From NCBI GenBank assembly GCA_021852325.1, contig JAJZNM010000003.1, positions 1 to 25,235 of the forward strand: a stretch of DNA of 25,235 bases, given 5' to 3'. This DNA comes from Pseudomonadota bacterium. GTDB lineage: Bacteria; Pseudomonadota; Gammaproteobacteria; JAKAQQ01. The notes beneath the pieces were generated by a model. It did not search any database. It saw only the letters and a program-made list of their open reading frames with translations, and was not told where the DNA came from. The position numbers and the translations under genes were made by a program. Numbering within the stretch: position 1 is the first letter of the stretch; every line of letters begins with the position of its first letter. Below are positions 1-10,137 of this stretch, piece by piece.

Positions 1-193
1 GGTCCGGTTCCCGGCCGGCTACCTCCTGCATGCGGATGCGGATCCGGATGGGAATCGACCGGAATCCCGCCCTGCTGGACACTGGGAGCCTCGTGGCTCT
101 CGGCCAACCTGACTCATCCCAGGGCGTGGGCAGCCAAACCGGCCAGAGACCTCCTGCCATTGACCGCAGGCATCACGTGCCCCATCCGCCCCC

Positions 194-1636
194 TCAGGCC
201 GGTTTCCGGTTGATGGCGTTGAGCGCCCGGCCGCCGACTGAGAGCGCGGCCTCGTGCACCGCCTCCGAAAGTGTCGGATGCGCATGGATCGTGAGCGCGA
301 TATCTTCCGCGCTCGCCCGGAACTCCATCGCCAGCACCGCTTCCGCAATGAGTTCGGATGCCATGGGGCCCACGATATGCACCCCGAGGATCTCATCGCT
401 CGCCTGGTGTGCCAGGATCTTGACGAACCCGATCGGCGCTTCGAGGGCATGCGCGCGGCCATTGGCCGCAAACGGGAAACTCCCCACCCGGTAGGGAACG
501 GCTGCCTTCTTGAGTTCTTCCTCGTTCCGGCCCACCCAGGCGATTTCCGGTGCCGTGTAGATGACCGATGGGATGACGTCGTAGTTCACCTCGGCAGGCT
601 TGCCCGCGATGAGATCGGCGACCATGACTCCTTCTTCTTCGGCCTTGTGCGCCAGCATGGGTCCGCGGACCACATCGCCAATGGCATAGACCCCCCCCCG
701 CTCGGTCCGGCAGTGGGCATCCACCTGGATGAATCCCCGTGCATCGCACCCGACCCCCGTGCCGGATTCCAGGAGACCCTCCGTGAACGGACGGCGCCCG
801 ACCGCAACGATCAGGCGGTCGACGTCGATGGTCGAGGTCCCACCCGAAGCGTCGCTGGCATGCAGGGTCAAGGCCGTCTTCTTGCGCTCGACCGAAGTGA
901 GCTTGGCGCCGAGAGCGATCTTGAGGCCGAGCTTCTGGAACTGACGCAATGCCTCCTTGGCCACCTGGGCATCGATGGCCGGCAGGAACGTGGGCAGGGC
1001 TTCGATCAGGGTCACCGCGGATCCGAGCCGCGCGTAGACGCTCCCGAGCTCAAGCCCGATCACACCCGCACCGATCACGCCGAGCCGCTTGGGGACCCGG
1101 TCAAACTCGAGTGCGCCCCAGGAATCGACGATGCGATCACCGTCAAAGGGTGCCGAGGGGAGCGCAACCGGAACCGAGCCGGTCGCGAGGATCACCGAAC
1201 GGGTCTTGAGGACGCGTTCGGCTCCCTGGGGATCCCGGAAAGAGACGTTCCCGTCCTTGAGCAGCTTGCCGTGTCCGACCAGCCCGTCCACCCGGTTGGC
1301 CTTGAACAGCTGGGCAATGCCGCCGGTCATGGTGCGGACCACTTTCGTCTTGCGCGCCTGCATGGCCTTGAGGTCGAGTGCCAGTTTCTCGAAGCCGATG
1401 CCGTGGAGCTTGAACTCTTCCCGGGCCCGATGATAGAGCTCACTCGATTCGAGGAGCGCCTTGGAGGGGATGCACCCGGCGTTGAGACAGGTGCCGCCGA
1501 AGGCGTACGCCCCATCATGATTCTGCCAGGAATCGATGCAGGCCGTACGCAGGCCGTTCTGCGCGGCCCGGATCGCGGCAATATAGCCGCCCGGTCCCGC
1601 ACCGATCACTACGACATCATAGGTTTCTTCTGTCAT
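194..1636 (-). CDS. lpdA: Dihydrolipoyl dehydrogenase (E3)
   Basis: FAD-binding GAGPGGY, redox disulfide motif GGTCLNAGCIPSKALL, NAD-binding GAGVIGLE and C-terminal HAHPTLSE. RBS GGGAG lies upstream of ATG 1636, and the gene is third in the suc operon. Confidence 0.97.
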   Translation of the reverse strand: MTEETYDVVVIGAGPGGYIAAIRAAQNGLRTACIDSWQNHDGAYAFGGTCLNAGCIPSKALLESSELYHRAREEFKLHGIGFEKLALDLKAMQARKTKVVRTMTGGIAQLFKANRVDGLVGHGKLLKDGNVSFRDPQGAERVLKTRSVILATGSVPVALPSAPFDGDRIVDSWGALEFDRVPKRLGVIGAGVIGLELGSVYARLGSAVTLIEALPTFLPAIDAQVAKEALRQFQKLGLKIALGAKLTSVERKKTALTLHASDASGGTSTIDVDRLIVAVGRRPFTEGLLESGTGVGCDARGFIQVDAHCRTERGGVYAIGDVVRGPMLAHKAEEEGVMVADLIAGKPAEVNYDVIPSVIYTAPEIAWVGRNEEELKKAAVPYRVGSFPFAANGRAHALEAPIGFVKILAHQASDEILGVHIVGPMASELIAEAVLAMEFRASAEDIALTIHAHPTLSEAVHEAALSVGGRALNAINRKPA

Positions 1637-1662
1637 GGTTCACTCCCGGGTCAAAAACGGTT

Positions 1663-2898
1663 TCAAAGGTCGAGCAGGAGCCGGTCCGGGTTCTCCAGGG
1701 CTTCCTTGACCGCGACCAGGAACTGGACGGCTTCCTGACCGTCGACCAGGCGGTGGTCGTAGGTGAGCGCCAGATACATCATCGGCCGGATCACGACCTC
1801 GCCCGCGATCGCAACCGGGCGGTCCTGGATCTTGTGCATCCCGAGGATCGCACTTTGCGGCGGGTTGATGATCGGGGTCGACACCAGCGATCCGAACACG
1901 CCGCCATTCGTGATCGTGAAGGTTCCGCCCTCGAGATCGGCGAGTTCGAGCCCGCCCGAACGGGCCTTTTCGGCAAACTGCGCGATCCGGGTCTCGATCC
2001 CGGCAAAGCCGAGCTGATCGGCATCCCGCACGACCGGCACCACGAGTCCGCGCTTCGAGGACACGGCAATGCCGATGTCCCAGAAATCGTGGTAGACGAG
2101 GTCGGATCCCTCGATCGAGGCATTGATGACCGGAAAGCGCTTGAGGGCGAGCACGGACGCTTTCACGAAAAACGACATGAAGCCGAGTTTGACCCCATGC
2201 GTCTTCTCGAACGGTTCGCGCAGGGTTGCGCGCATCTCGATCACACGGCTGAGGTCCACTTCATTGAACGAAGTCAGCATGACAGCATTCAGGTTGGATT
2301 CGCGCAGCCGCTCCGCGATCCGGGCCCGGATCCGGGTCATGGGAACGCGGCGGATCCGAGACGAGGCGCCGGCAGCGGCTGGGCGGGAAAGCGGAACGGT
2401 TTCGGGACCTTGCCCGAGATGGGCCAGGACATCTCCTTTGCTGATGCGCCCCTCGCGGCCGTGCCCTTCGATCGTTCCGGGATCCAGTCCATGCTCATCG
2501 ATCAGCCGGCGGGCGGCCGGAGCCATGGGCGGGGACTTGGCGGGGCGGGGGGGCGCCTCGCGAGTCGGCTCGGGGGGAGGAAGCGGCCCGGCTTTGGGCG
2601 ACGGCCGAGACTGATCGGGCTGAGAAGCTCCGCTCTGGGGTGAAGTGACCGGCGCCGAGACGCCTTCCTCGAGGATCGCGAGCACCGTGCCCGCCGTCAC
2701 GGTTGCGCCGTTGGCCACACGGATCTCGCGGAGGATACCGCTCGCGGGAGCAGGCACCTCAAGCACGACCTTGTCGGTTTCGAGGTCGACCAGGTTCTCG
2801 TCTCGTGCCACGGATTCTCCGGCTTTCTTGCGCCAGTTGACGACCGTGGCGTCGGCCACGGATTCGGGAAGGGGCGGGACCTTGATTTCGATGCTCAT
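1663..2898 (-). CDS. sucB: 2-oxoglutarate dehydrogenase E2, dihydrolipoamide succinyltransferase (411 aa)
   Basis: Starts [18 protein letters not shown], with lipoyl motif ETDKVVLEV, a Pro/Ala linker, E3-binding [13 protein letters not shown] and catalytic YDHRLVDG. Start reassigned from 3144 to ATG 2898, which forms an ATGA overlap with the sucA stop (2895-2897). Confidence 0.96.
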   Translation of the reverse strand: MSIEIKVPPLPESVADATVVNWRKKAGESVARDENLVDLETDKVVLEVPAPASGILREIRVANGATVTAGTVLAILEEGVSAPVTSPQSGASQPDQSRPSPKAGPLPPPEPTREAPPRPAKSPPMAPAARRLIDEHGLDPGTIEGHGREGRISKGDVLAHLGQGPETVPLSRPAAAGASSRIRRVPMTRIRARIAERLRESNLNAVMLTSFNEVDLSRVIEMRATLREPFEKTHGVKLGFMSFFVKASVLALKRFPVINASIEGSDLVYHDFWDIGIAVSSKRGLVVPVVRDADQLGFAGIETRIAQFAEKARSGGLELADLEGGTFTITNGGVFGSLVSTPIINPPQSAILGMHKIQDRPVAIAGEVVIRPMMYLALTYDHRLVDGQEAVQFLVAVKEALENPDRLLLDL

Positions 2899-5771
2899 GC
2901 GGACTCCGGGAGCGGTTTGGATCGTGTCGATGGCCGTTTGCGGCCCGGTTGCGGCGGCCCCTCGGCCAGTGCGGTCTCGAGAATCGCCTGTTGCTGGAGC
3001 GTATGGAGCGCCGCATACCCCGGGGCCGTGGCCGCCGAGGCCGGCCGCCCCACATAACGGAGACGCTGGTTTGAGGCGAGGAGCGGACCGAGTCTCGGCG
3101 CGAGCGCGAGCCAGGCACCCTGGTTCTCGGGTTCCTCCTGGCACCAGACGACATCCTCAGCATCCCGATAACGGACGAGTGCGGCCTTGAGGAGCTCCCC
3201 GGGGAGCGGATACCACTGCTCGAGCCGGACGAGTGCCACGTCTTCCCGCCGTGCGGCCTCGCGGGCCTCGAAAAGCTCGTAGTAGAGCTTGCCCGTGGTG
3301 AGGATCACCCGGCGCACCCGTCTTGGGTCCAGGGCCCGAGGCTCGTCGATGACCGGCTGGAAACGGCCCTCGGCGAAATCAGGCCAGCCAGAGACGGCCA
3401 GGCGGTGGCGAAGCAGGCTTTTCGGCGTGAGCACGATGAGCGGCTTGCGGTAAGGACGGACCACCTGACGGCGGATCAGGTGAAACATCTGCGCCGGGGT
3501 TGTGGGGCTCGCGATCTGGAGGTTCTCTTCGGCGCAAAGCTGGAGGTAGCGCTCGGGGCGCGCCGAGGAATGCTCCGGTCCCGCCCCTTCCTGACCATGG
3601 GGCAGAAACAGGACGAGACCGCACAAGCGACCCCATTTGGCTTCTCCGGCACTCAGAAACTGGTCCACCACCACCTGTGCGCCGTTTGCAAAATCACCAT
3701 ACTGGGCTTCCCAGATCACGAGGGCATCGGGATTTGCGGTCGCATAACCATATTCGAACGCGAGCACCCCCTCCTCGGACAGGAAGGAGTCAACGATGTC
3801 GGCGAGTGCCTGTTTCGGCGCGAGCCGGTTGAGCGCCACATCGGTCGCATCAGTCGCCAGATCGTGCAAAACCGCGTGGCGGTGGAAGAATGTGCCCCGC
3901 GCACTGTCCTGGCCGCAGAGGCGCACCGGGTGACCCTCGACGAGGAGCGTGGCATAGGCCAGAAGCTCTGCCATTCCCCAGTCGAAGGGCGCCTCGCCCG
4001 CAAGCATCTTGCGCCGTTCATCGAGGATGCGCGCAAGGCGCGGGTGGACGGTCCATCCCTCGGGAAGGGTCACGAGCGTCTGGCCGAGCGCCAGGAGATC
4101 GGCCTTGGGTACTCGGGTCTCGACCGGGCGATCCCAGCGCTCACCCCGGTAGGGTTCCCAGTCGACGAGCGCCGGGCGGGCTTCCGCGCGCGGCAGAATG
4201 AACGAGACCGGAACCTCGCCCCGGTCGAGCCCATCCCGGTATGCGACCGTGAGCTTTTCGGATTCGGCGGCGTCGATCACCCCTTCCCCGATGAGCTGGC
4301 GCTCATAAACCGTCCGCACGCTCGGATGCTCGCGGATCCTCGCGTACATGACCGGCTGCGTGACGGCTGGCTCGTCGGCCTCGTTGTGCCCGTGTCTCCG
4401 GTATCCCACCAAGTCGAGAAAGACGTCCTTGTGGAAGCGCATCCGGTACTCGAAGGCGAGACGCAACGCGAAGATCACGGCTTCGACATCGTCCGCGTTT
4501 ACATGGAACACCGGCGCCTCAACCAGCTTCGCGATATCGGTCGCGTAACGGGTGGAGCGGGCATCCCGCGGATTGCTGATCGTGAATCCGATCTGGTTGT
4601 TTACGACAAAGTGAAGCGTACCCCCGGTCCGGAATCCCCGGGTTGCCGCCATCTCGAGGGTTTCCATGACGACCCCTTGCCCGGCGAGCGAGGCATCTCC
4701 ATGGATCAGGACGGGCAGCACCCGATCTCCTGCCCGGTCTTCGAGGCGGTCCTGGCGGGCCCGCACTGAGCCTTCCACGACCGGGTTCACGATCTCGAGA
4801 TGAGACGGATTGAACGCGAGGGTCAGATGGAGGACACGCTCGTCCAAGCTCACATCCGAGGAGAACCCGAGATGGTACTTGACATCCCCCGAACCGTTCT
4901 GGTGGAGCGGATCATAACGGCCTTCGAATGCGGAGAAGAGCTCGGGCAAGGGCTTGGCCAGAAGGTTCACGAGGACGTTGAGCCGCCCCCGGTGGGCCAT
5001 GCCGATCACGATCTCCTCGACTGCGGCCGCACCCGCGCGGCGCACAAGGTCGTTCAGTGCAGGCATGAGGGATTCGCCCCCCTCGAGGGAAAACCGTTTC
5101 TGCCCGATGTAACGTCGGTGGAGAAAATGCTCGAGCCCTTCGGCGGCCGTGAGTTCAGTCAAGATCCGGAGCCGCTCCCCGCGATCGAGCGTGTACTGGC
5201 CGCGTGCGGTCTCGAGCCGGTCGCGGATGAATCCCCGTTCCGCGACGTCGACGAGATGCTGGTATTCGGAGCCGATCGCCCCGCAGTAGGTGGCTTCGAG
5301 CATCCGGCCGAGCTCGGCGCCCGTCCGGGGATCCAGGCCCGAGACGAGGCCCTTCGGGATTGCGGATTCGAGGTCCGCCGGGGCGATGCCATGAAAGGCC
5401 GGATCGAGATCAGGCGGACGGACCTCCGGCGCGAGCCCCAAAGGATCCAGGCGGGCAGCCCAATGGCCACGCGAGCGATAGGCTTGGACCCAACGGGTCC
5501 AGACACTGCTTTCGGACGGGTCCGTGCCCACCGCCGCGAGCCGGGGGGCCCGTGCAAGCCCGGCCAGAACCGATTCGATCGGGCGTCTCGGGATCCCGGG
5601 ATCCCCTGCACCCCATCCGGCGAACACCCGCGCAAACCCGGCCGGTACCGAACGGGGATCGGCCAGGTATTGTTCATAGAGATCTTCGAGATAGCCAGCC
5701 GCCCCACTGTTCAGAACAGTCGGATCGAAGCTTTCGGCCACTCGATCATCCGATCTGGATTGGCTGGCCAC
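2895..5771 (-). CDS. sucA: 2-oxoglutarate dehydrogenase E1 component
   Basis: Contains [39 protein letters not shown], ThDP motif [10 protein letters not shown] and [20 protein letters not shown] start at 5771; an alternative GTG lies at 5741. Confidence 0.97.
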   Translation of the reverse strand: MASQSRSDDRVAESFDPTVLNSGAAGYLEDLYEQYLADPRSVPAGFARVFAGWGAGDPGIPRRPIESVLAGLARAPRLAAVGTDPSESSVWTRWVQAYRSRGHWAARLDPLGLAPEVRPPDLDPAFHGIAPADLESAIPKGLVSGLDPRTGAELGRMLEATYCGAIGSEYQHLVDVAERGFIRDRLETARGQYTLDRGERLRILTELTAAEGLEHFLHRRYIGQKRFSLEGGESLMPALNDLVRRAGAAAVEEIVIGMAHRGRLNVLVNLLAKPLPELFSAFEGRYDPLHQNGSGDVKYHLGFSSDVSLDERVLHLTLAFNPSHLEIVNPVVEGSVRARQDRLEDRAGDRVLPVLIHGDASLAGQGVVMETLEMAATRGFRTGGTLHFVVNNQIGFTISNPRDARSTRYATDIAKLVEAPVFHVNADDVEAVIFALRLAFEYRMRFHKDVFLDLVGYRRHGHNEADEPAVTQPVMYARIREHPSVRTVYERQLIGEGVIDAAESEKLTVAYRDGLDRGEVPVSFILPRAEARPALVDWEPYRGERWDRPVETRVPKADLLALGQTLVTLPEGWTVHPRLARILDERRKMLAGEAPFDWGMAELLAYATLLVEGHPVRLCGQDSARGTFFHRHAVLHDLATDATDVALNRLAPKQALADIVDSFLSEEGVLAFEYGYATANPDALVIWEAQYGDFANGAQVVVDQFLSAGEAKWGRLCGLVLFLPHGQEGAGPEHSSARPERYLQLCAEENLQIASPTTPAQMFHLIRRQVVRPYRKPLIVLTPKSLLRHRLAVSGWPDFAEGRFQPVIDEPRALDPRRVRRVILTTGKLYYELFEAREAARREDVALVRLEQWYPLPGELLKAALVRYRDAEDVVWCQEEPENQGAWLALAPRLGPLLASNQRLRYVGRPASAATAPGYAALHTLQQQAILETALAEGPPQPGRKRPSTRSKPLPESA

Positions 5772-5838
5772 CCGGATCTCGTCACCATCTATGTGCGGAT
5801 TGTATAAGGGACCGTTGCACCCGCCGCCGCGTTTCAGC

Positions 5839-5868
5839 TTGAGTGAACAGTGCTTTTCCGGCTATAGT
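5839..5868 (+). promoter_or_regulatory. Candidate sigma70 promoter for the oxygenase operon
   Basis: TTGAGT (5839-5844), 18 nt spacer, TATAGT (5863-5868), 44 nt upstream of ATG 5913. RBS GGAG at 5904-5907. Confidence 0.4.
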
Positions 5869-5912
5869 TTACAGCAAGCCGGACACAATGGGGAACATCC
5901 GGTGGAGTAGTT

Positions 5913-6593
5913 ATGGCTGTTAAAGCTCAATCCGACCCGATCTCCTTCGACGAAACTGTCGAAGTGCACTACCCGACGACCGTTCTCGAACGACGCCATC
6001 ACGGATGCGGGGATTTGAACGCGGCACTGTACACGCTGCTCAAAAGCCTGGCAGAAACCAACCGCAGCGACCATCGCGAGAACGCCATCTACTCGGGACG
6101 AATCTCGACACAAGGCGGATACCAGACCGCAAAGCACAGGAATTTCCTGGAACGGACCGATGCAGCTGTAGTTACCCTCCGGGAGAGAATCATCCTGCCC
6201 GCTGCAGCACACTACCTAACCCAGGTTTTTGGCCCCCCGGCGTCCAGTCTCAGGCCCTGGCTCATGGGTTGGGCCAACTTTCTCACGGCAGGGGACTGGC
6301 AGGCTCCCCATATGCATCCCACTCCGGGGAACCTCGCGAGTGGGGTCTACTATGTCCGCCTGCCCGAAGGCCGGGAGCCGCCCCAGGGTTGGATCGAGTT
6401 CTTGAACCCCCATCCCATCTCCGTCCACCACGGATTCACACTCACCCGTCGCCTTGAACCCGAGGAAGGGAAATTGCTCCTTTTCCCGCCCTATCATATC
6501 CATTATGTGCATCCCTTCCGGTTGCCCGGCGAGCGTGCGATCATTGCTTTTGACTTGCTCCGTGAACGGCCCAATCTTGATCTCACATTCTGA
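5913..6593 (+). CDS. TIGR02466-like putative 2OG-Fe(II) oxygenase (copy 1)
   Basis: Family-typical WANF...GDWQAPHMHP (HxH), LASGVYYV, EFLNPHP, EGKLLLFPPYHIHYVHP and RAIIAFD. Confidence 0.8.
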   Translation: MAVKAQSDPISFDETVEVHYPTTVLERRHHGCGDLNAALYTLLKSLAETNRSDHRENAIYSGRISTQGGYQTAKHRNFLERTDAAVVTLRERIILPAAAHYLTQVFGPPASSLRPWLMGWANFLTAGDWQAPHMHPTPGNLASGVYYVRLPEGREPPQGWIEFLNPHPISVHHGFTLTRRLEPEEGKLLLFPPYHIHYVHPFRLPGERAIIAFDLLRERPNLDLTF

Positions 6594-7963
6594 TGCAGGA
6601 ATCCCGGCCCATGAATAAAAACGTCACCCCAGCCGCGCTCGGACAGAACATCGAGGACTACCCGATTGCAGAACTGCCGGACCAGATTGCTCTGCTCACA
6701 AACTGCGCCGAGGTGCTGGTTCGGGATGGTCGGCTTGAAGACGCGGAAAAGATCTACCGCCGCATCCTGGAAGCTGCTCCCCATCATTTGCCGGCTATGA
6801 CGTTCATTGCGATGCGGGCCTACGAAGCCGGAAATCTGGAAGAAAGCCTGCGTCACCTTCAGGCCGCGATTCGCGTCAATTCCAAGAGTTCCCAGCTGCA
6901 GGAAAACCTGGCCATAGTCCGACGCAGTCAGGGGCTGCCCGAAAATGCCCTTGAAGCGATCGACCGCGCAATCCAGATCAACCCCGAGCGTGCTGCGGCA
7001 CACCTTCACCGGGGAATGATCCTCGAGGATCTGGGAAGGGCCCATGAGGCGCTGCGGTGCTACGGAAAAGCCTTGACCCTCGAGCCCGTCTTGCGGACCA
7101 GTCCGGCGACACAGCCACCCGGAATCCAGAAACTGGCGGCGCATGCCATCGGTCGGCTCGCTCCACTCCGTCTGGCTGCCATTTCCAAGGCAGCACAGGA
7201 GGTCGAAACGCTCTTTGAGTCCAAGCTGCCGGAACGGGCACACCGGTTTCTCGACATTTTCAAGGGGTTGACGCCCCCATCCTATGAAGATCCGGAGCAG
7301 CACCCCGACTTTCTTTTTTATCCCGGCCTCAATCCCAAACCCTGGTTTGAACGTGGGGAGTTCCCCTGGGTCAAGGCTTTCGAGGCCGAAACACCGGGCA
7401 TCCTGGCGGAATACCAGGCGCTCGTTTCGGAAAACCGCGCTGCCACACCGGAGCAGCCGTACGTCCCGGAAGGAGCCCGGCAGAGCCCGATCTGGAAAGA
7501 TCTGGCGGGATCGCTCGATTGGAGCAGCTACCACCTTTACCGTTCCGGAAATCCGGTCCCTGGCATCATCCAACGCTGCCCCCGAACCTTTTCGGCGCTC
7601 AAGCATTTGCCACTCGCGCGCGGACAATCCCATGCACCAGAGATTTTTTTCTCCATCCTGAAACCCGGTACACACCTCCCGCCGCATCATGGCCTGTCAA
7701 ATGCCAAGCTCACCGTCCATCTGGGACTTGGAATTCCGGATCGCTGCGGCATCATGGTCGGTGGCGAGACGCGCCAGTGGCGTGAGGGTCGGGTACTGGT
7801 TTTCGACGACAGCTTCAAGCATGAGGCGTGGAACGCGAATACGGCCACACGTGTTGTCCTGATCGCAGACATCTGGAATCCTGCACTGACCCCAATCGAA
7901 CAGGAACTCGTCGCCCGCGTGATCGATGCACATGACACCTTCAGCCGGGAATATTTCTCCTGA
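6593..7963 (+). CDS. TPR-repeat protein with C-terminal aspartyl/asparaginyl beta-hydroxylase (Asp_Arg_Hydrox) domain
   Basis: N-terminal TPR-like repeats (GRLEDAEKIYRRILEAAP, GNLEESLRHLQAAIRVNS, LGRAHEALRCYGKALTLEP). C-terminal FSILKPGTHLPPHHGLSN..LTVHLGL, W.EGRVLVFDDSFKHEAWN and RVVLIADIWNP. TGATG overlap with the upstream gene. Confidence 0.88.
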   Translation: MQESRPMNKNVTPAALGQNIEDYPIAELPDQIALLTNCAEVLVRDGRLEDAEKIYRRILEAAPHHLPAMTFIAMRAYEAGNLEESLRHLQAAIRVNSKSSQLQENLAIVRRSQGLPENALEAIDRAIQINPERAAAHLHRGMILEDLGRAHEALRCYGKALTLEPVLRTSPATQPPGIQKLAAHAIGRLAPLRLAAISKAAQEVETLFESKLPERAHRFLDIFKGLTPPSYEDPEQHPDFLFYPGLNPKPWFERGEFPWVKAFEAETPGILAEYQALVSENRAATPEQPYVPEGARQSPIWKDLAGSLDWSSYHLYRSGNPVPGIIQRCPRTFSALKHLPLARGQSHAPEIFFSILKPGTHLPPHHGLSNAKLTVHLGLGIPDRCGIMVGGETRQWREGRVLVFDDSFKHEAWNANTATRVVLIADIWNPALTPIEQELVARVIDAHDTFSREYFS

Positions 7964-7987
7964 ACCCGATGCACCGAGGACCCGCAA

Positions 7988-8098
7988 ATGATCTCGACTG
8001 AACATGCCCTGAGGGCCGATCGTCTTCTGGCCGGAGCAGCGGGTTCTCCGGAAGATCCAGTGCCGGGCCATGCTAGGAGCCTCGAACGGTGGCTGTGA
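7988..8098 (+). CDS. Putative 36-aa small ORF, MISTEHALRADRLLAGAAGSPEDPVPGHARSLERWL (below the ORF-track cutoff)
   Basis: GAGGA at 7976-7980, 7 nt before ATG 7988, with TGA at 8096-8098. It fills the only sizeable gap in an otherwise coupled operon and overlaps the next GTG start by 10 nt. No homology is recognised. Confidence 0.3.
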   Translation: MISTEHALRADRLLAGAAGSPEDPVPGHARSLERWL

Positions 8099-8823
8099 GC
8101 CCCCCACGAACGACAAGAGGCCTGGAGTCAATTTTCGCCAGCCCGTTCTACCGTACCCAGCTGCCCAACTCGGAGGCATTCAATCTGAGGCTCAAACGCC
8201 ATTTGATTGAATGGGAGACCGCTCCACCCGCAAACGATCAGACACGACCCAGTCCGGTCCGCAAGCATAACGTCTTTGAGAGCGCATTCGACTTTTTTTA
8301 CTGGGATGATCCCGACGTCCAGTCCCTGGCCCAGTTCTGTCTCAATCACCTCGGCCATCTGATTCAGACGCTCAATGGCTACACGATGGAAGAGATGGCC
8401 GAGTTGCGCATCTACCACCACAGCTGGTTCCACCTGACCCGCCAAGGTGGCTACACGAGCTACCATCATCATCCCATGGCCTCCTGGTCAGGGGTGTACT
8501 GTGTCGACCCGGCCCTGTCCAATACAGCCCCCCCGGCCAGTGGCGTGCTCCGTTTCTTTGATCCCAGGGTGAATGTGGGCATGTTCGTCGACCCTGGCAA
8601 CAGCTATCTGGATTCGCCTTATGCGTTTGGTGCACTCGAACACATCTTCCAGGCGGGTGAACTGGTGCTGTTCCCGTCCTATCTCTACCATGAAGTGAGC
8701 CCCTACACGGGCAGCGGCATCCGCATCACGGTTGCCTTCAACGCCTGGGTGCGTTACCAGGATGAACCTGCACTCGCCCCCGGTTACCGTCGCGTACGCC
8801 AGACCCCAAGCTCTCCGGGTTGA
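8089..8823 (+). CDS. TIGR02466-like putative 2OG-Fe(II) oxygenase (copy 2)
   Basis: SWFHLTRQGGYTSYHHHP (HxH), SWSGVYCV, LRFFDPR, GELVLFPSYLYHEVSP and RITVAFN. RBS AGGAG at 8075-8079 precedes GTG 8089. Confidence 0.82.
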   Translation: MAVSPPRTTRGLESIFASPFYRTQLPNSEAFNLRLKRHLIEWETAPPANDQTRPSPVRKHNVFESAFDFFYWDDPDVQSLAQFCLNHLGHLIQTLNGYTMEEMAELRIYHHSWFHLTRQGGYTSYHHHPMASWSGVYCVDPALSNTAPPASGVLRFFDPRVNVGMFVDPGNSYLDSPYAFGALEHIFQAGELVLFPSYLYHEVSPYTGSGIRITVAFNAWVRYQDEPALAPGYRRVRQTPSSPG

Positions 8824-8838
8824 GTGGCCGGAGCATAC

Positions 8839-10137
8839 ATGGACCCGGCCTCGATGCATCTTTCAACCCCCAGTCCGGAATTGGGGCAGGCCCTTGATGC
8901 CCTGAAAAACCGCGATTTCAGCCAAGCCCATCGTCGCCTGCTCGAGATGGCCGGCCGGGGACAAACCGATGCCATGGGCTATCTTGGCATGCTCTACCTC
9001 CGCGGGCTTGGAATACCCTATGATCCCACCCAGGCCTACCATTGGACTGAACAGGCTGCCCGGGAAGGCAACGGGACTGCACTCTTGGCATTGGCCAACC
9101 TCGTCTACCTCGGCCTGGGAACACTGCGCGATCCCGAACGTGCCAAAGCAGTTCTGCTGGCAGCTGCCCGCACGGGGAATTCCGCAGCGCTACGCACGCT
9201 TGGCCTCGTCTATCTCGGACTCGGGGCCAACTGGCATCAGGCAGCCATCACCTGTTTCGAGGCGGCCGCCACACTCCGCGACGTCTTCGCCACGCACGCT
9301 TTGAGTGTCATCCGGCTCGGCTTGGGACAAATCGATTTGGCACTGCCCATCCTGTCCTGGGCAGGAACACAGGGATTGTTCCCCAGCCTCCTGCGGCTCA
9401 AAAACCTCCAGCACCAGCTTGGCATCTCCACCGTCCGAGACCTGGCGATTCTCCCACCGCAATATCCGGACCGCCCCCATCTGCGAACCATCATTCCTTT
9501 CGAATGGGAAACCCGATCAGCGGGATCAACCACTGAGTGTGACACCCGCATCGCACTTCGCATCGGCACAGACCTGCTTCATCCCATTGAGTGCGACTAC
9601 CTGATCGCCCTTGCAGCACCGCATCTCCGACCTGCCGAAACCCAAGAGCCCCATACGGGCCGCATCATCAAAAACCCGGTCCGGACATCGAGCGCCATGA
9701 ATTTTCCGCCCAATCTCGAAGACCTCATCTTGATGCGGCTCGAAGAACGGATTGCGTCATTCGCCGGGCAGCACCTGGAGCGGGCCGAGGCACTGGCGGT
9801 ACTCCGCTACCGTCCGGGTGAAGAATACCGGCCACATTACGACGCATTCGACCCCGAGACCTGCAAACGGGATCCAGAATGTATCCGCCTGGGACAACGC
9901 ACCGAAACGGTGCTCACCTACCTCAATGATGGATTTACAGGTGGCGCGACCGATTTCCCCACACTGCAACAAACGATTGAATCCCGATCCGGGCAGGTTG
10001 TCGCTTTTCGCAATCTCGATGCCTCGGGGAACCGCATGCCGCTTGCGCTACATGCCGGATTGCCGGTACAAAGTGGAGAAAAATGGCTGGCCACGCTCTG
10101 GTTCCGCGAACGCCCGGGCGCAAGGAGTATGGGGTAG
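8839..10137 (+). CDS. Sel1-like-repeat protein with C-terminal prolyl 4-hydroxylase-type 2OG-Fe(II) oxygenase domain
   Basis: Sel1-like repeats (AMGYLGMLYLRGLG, ALLALANLVYLGLG, ALRTLGLVYLGLG). P4H-type motifs V.NPVRTS, YRPGEEYRPHYDAF (HxD), TVLTYLND.FTGGATDFP and LHAGLPVQSGEKWLATLWFRE (distal His, 2OG-binding Lys). ATG 8839 follows GGAG; an alternative GTG lies at 8824. Confidence 0.87.
   Translation: MDPASMHLSTPSPELGQALDALKNRDFSQAHRRLLEMAGRGQTDAMGYLGMLYLRGLGIPYDPTQAYHWTEQAAREGNGTALLALANLVYLGLGTLRDPERAKAVLLAAARTGNSAALRTLGLVYLGLGANWHQAAITCFEAAATLRDVFATHALSVIRLGLGQIDLALPILSWAGTQGLFPSLLRLKNLQHQLGISTVRDLAILPPQYPDRPHLRTIIPFEWETRSAGSTTECDTRIALRIGTDLLHPIECDYLIALAAPHLRPAETQEPHTGRIIKNPVRTSSAMNFPPNLEDLILMRLEERIASFAGQHLERAEALAVLRYRPGEEYRPHYDAFDPETCKRDPECIRLGQRTETVLTYLNDGFTGGATDFPTLQQTIESRSGQVVAFRNLDASGNRMPLALHAGLPVQSGEKWLATLWFRERPGARSMG
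9099..9225 (+). repeat. Intragenic Sel1 repeat duplication visible at DNA level
   Basis: cctcgtctacctcggcctggg (9099) and cctcgtctatctcggactcggg (9204) are 105 nt (35 codons) apart, both encoding LVYLGLG. Confidence 0.65.

Noticed and set aside
1-193. Possible gene start downstream of lpdA running off the window
   Set aside because: Two minus-strand frames stay open to the edge, but neither shows a recognisable motif, so no call can be supported.
691-699. C9 (G9 on coding strand) homopolymer in lpdA as a phase-variation site
   Set aside because: The frame is intact, the gene is essential housekeeping, and such runs are unremarkable at this GC.
254-1738. Long antisense ORFs (e.g. 254-1738, 3405-4769, 4800-5807, 6503-7690, 19775-21082, 23048-24703)
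   Set aside because: These are shadow ORFs opposite well-supported genes, expected at high GC, with no recognisable motifs.
2899-3144. N-terminal extension of sucB in the ORF track
   Set aside because: It overlaps the sucA 3' end. The lipoyl domain begins at ATG 2898 with an ATGA overlap.
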